A stretch of 64,000 nt of DNA from Dimorphilus gyrociliatus. Taxonomy: Eukaryota > Animalia > Annelida. The stretch covers positions 1,488,001 to 1,552,000 of the forward strand of contig CAJFCJ010000012.1 of assembly GCA_904063045.1 (NCBI GenBank), in the 5' to 3' direction. Position numbers and translations under genes: made by a program. Shown in pieces: positions 63,519 to 64,000 of the stretch (positions are counted from its first letter, which is position 1; each line of letters begins with the position of its first letter). A model generated the notes under the pieces. The model had not been told where the DNA came from. It saw only the letters and a list, made by a program, of their open reading frames with translations, and ran no database searches.

Positions 63519-64000
63519 TCAGTGGGATAATTAGGGGTTAATTTGCGGTTAATCTTTACACTGATCTCTTTACCTTAAGTCGACATGTTTGCGCTTAATT
63601 TTATTATGTTTGTATTCGTTTTCTACAGTTTATTCGCCCAAGTCTGACACGCGTTTTTGGTTTGGGGCTAGAAATAAGAGGGTATGGATAAATAAGTTGA
63701 AAATTGTGTGGGAATGAGAGGATGGGGGGTCGAAGTGGCGCTTGGGAATCGAACTCTTTATTCTAAACGGCTTTAAATAAATCGACAGTCAAATCCATAG
63801 ATAAATAACGGCTGGGAATCGATGTAATTATCAGTCGAGTATCTTATCCCGTACAAAGGAGTTCCGATCTTCCACAAAGACTCACGTAAACATGAAAGGA
63901 ACGGTTGGAAGCACGTAAAATCAACACGATGACCACCGGCAATATAGGAATTTTTTCTATTCGAAAACCGCTATGCCCACTTAATATTACCCTCTAATTC

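Noticed and set aside
63707-63820. TGGGAA cluster resembling Su(H)/CSL sites
   Set aside because: Only one full TGTGGGAA, with no inverted paired-site geometry; compatible with chance.
1-64000. CRISPR arrays, rRNA, prokaryotic operons or defence systems, intact transposons
   Set aside because: None seen. The DNA is intron-containing animal sequence and the only tandem repeats are microsatellites.

Overview
This is eukaryotic, AT-rich, gene-dense animal genomic DNA with very short GT-AG introns (many 45-70 nt). The gene set (TRPC, serotonin receptor, HOATZ, kringle and EGF proteins) and the compaction suggest a compact invertebrate genome, probably lophotrochozoan such as a miniature annelid; this is inference. 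About 20 protein-coding genes could be assembled by hand-splicing. In order: an acidic low-complexity protein (5'-partial), TRPC channel, an orphan, a predicted pseudokinase, SHPK, RASEF, SHOC2, a 4x kringle + alkaline-phosphatase-superfamily fusion, coronin-7, ABCD1/2, a DegT/DnrJ-type PLP aminotransferase, a 5-HT7-like GPCR, KDM8/JMJD5, PIP4K2, HOATZ, a second orphan, a 10-exon secreted EGF protein almost invisible in the ORF track, THOC6 and a FAM234-like gene. About 7 kb with no supportable gene follows. No rRNA, tRNA, CRISPR array or recognisable transposon was found. The highlights are: (1) a tandemly duplicated, probably mutually exclusive exon pair in PIP4K2 that swaps the ATP-binding G-loop; (2) a secreted kringle-array/phosphodiesterase fusion with all catalytic residues intact; (3) the hidden furin-site EGF protein; (4) a pseudokinase; (5) a bacterial-type sugar aminotransferase with spliceosomal introns; (6) recurrent CTCF-like motifs at gene boundaries. 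All gene names come from motif recognition, not database searches.
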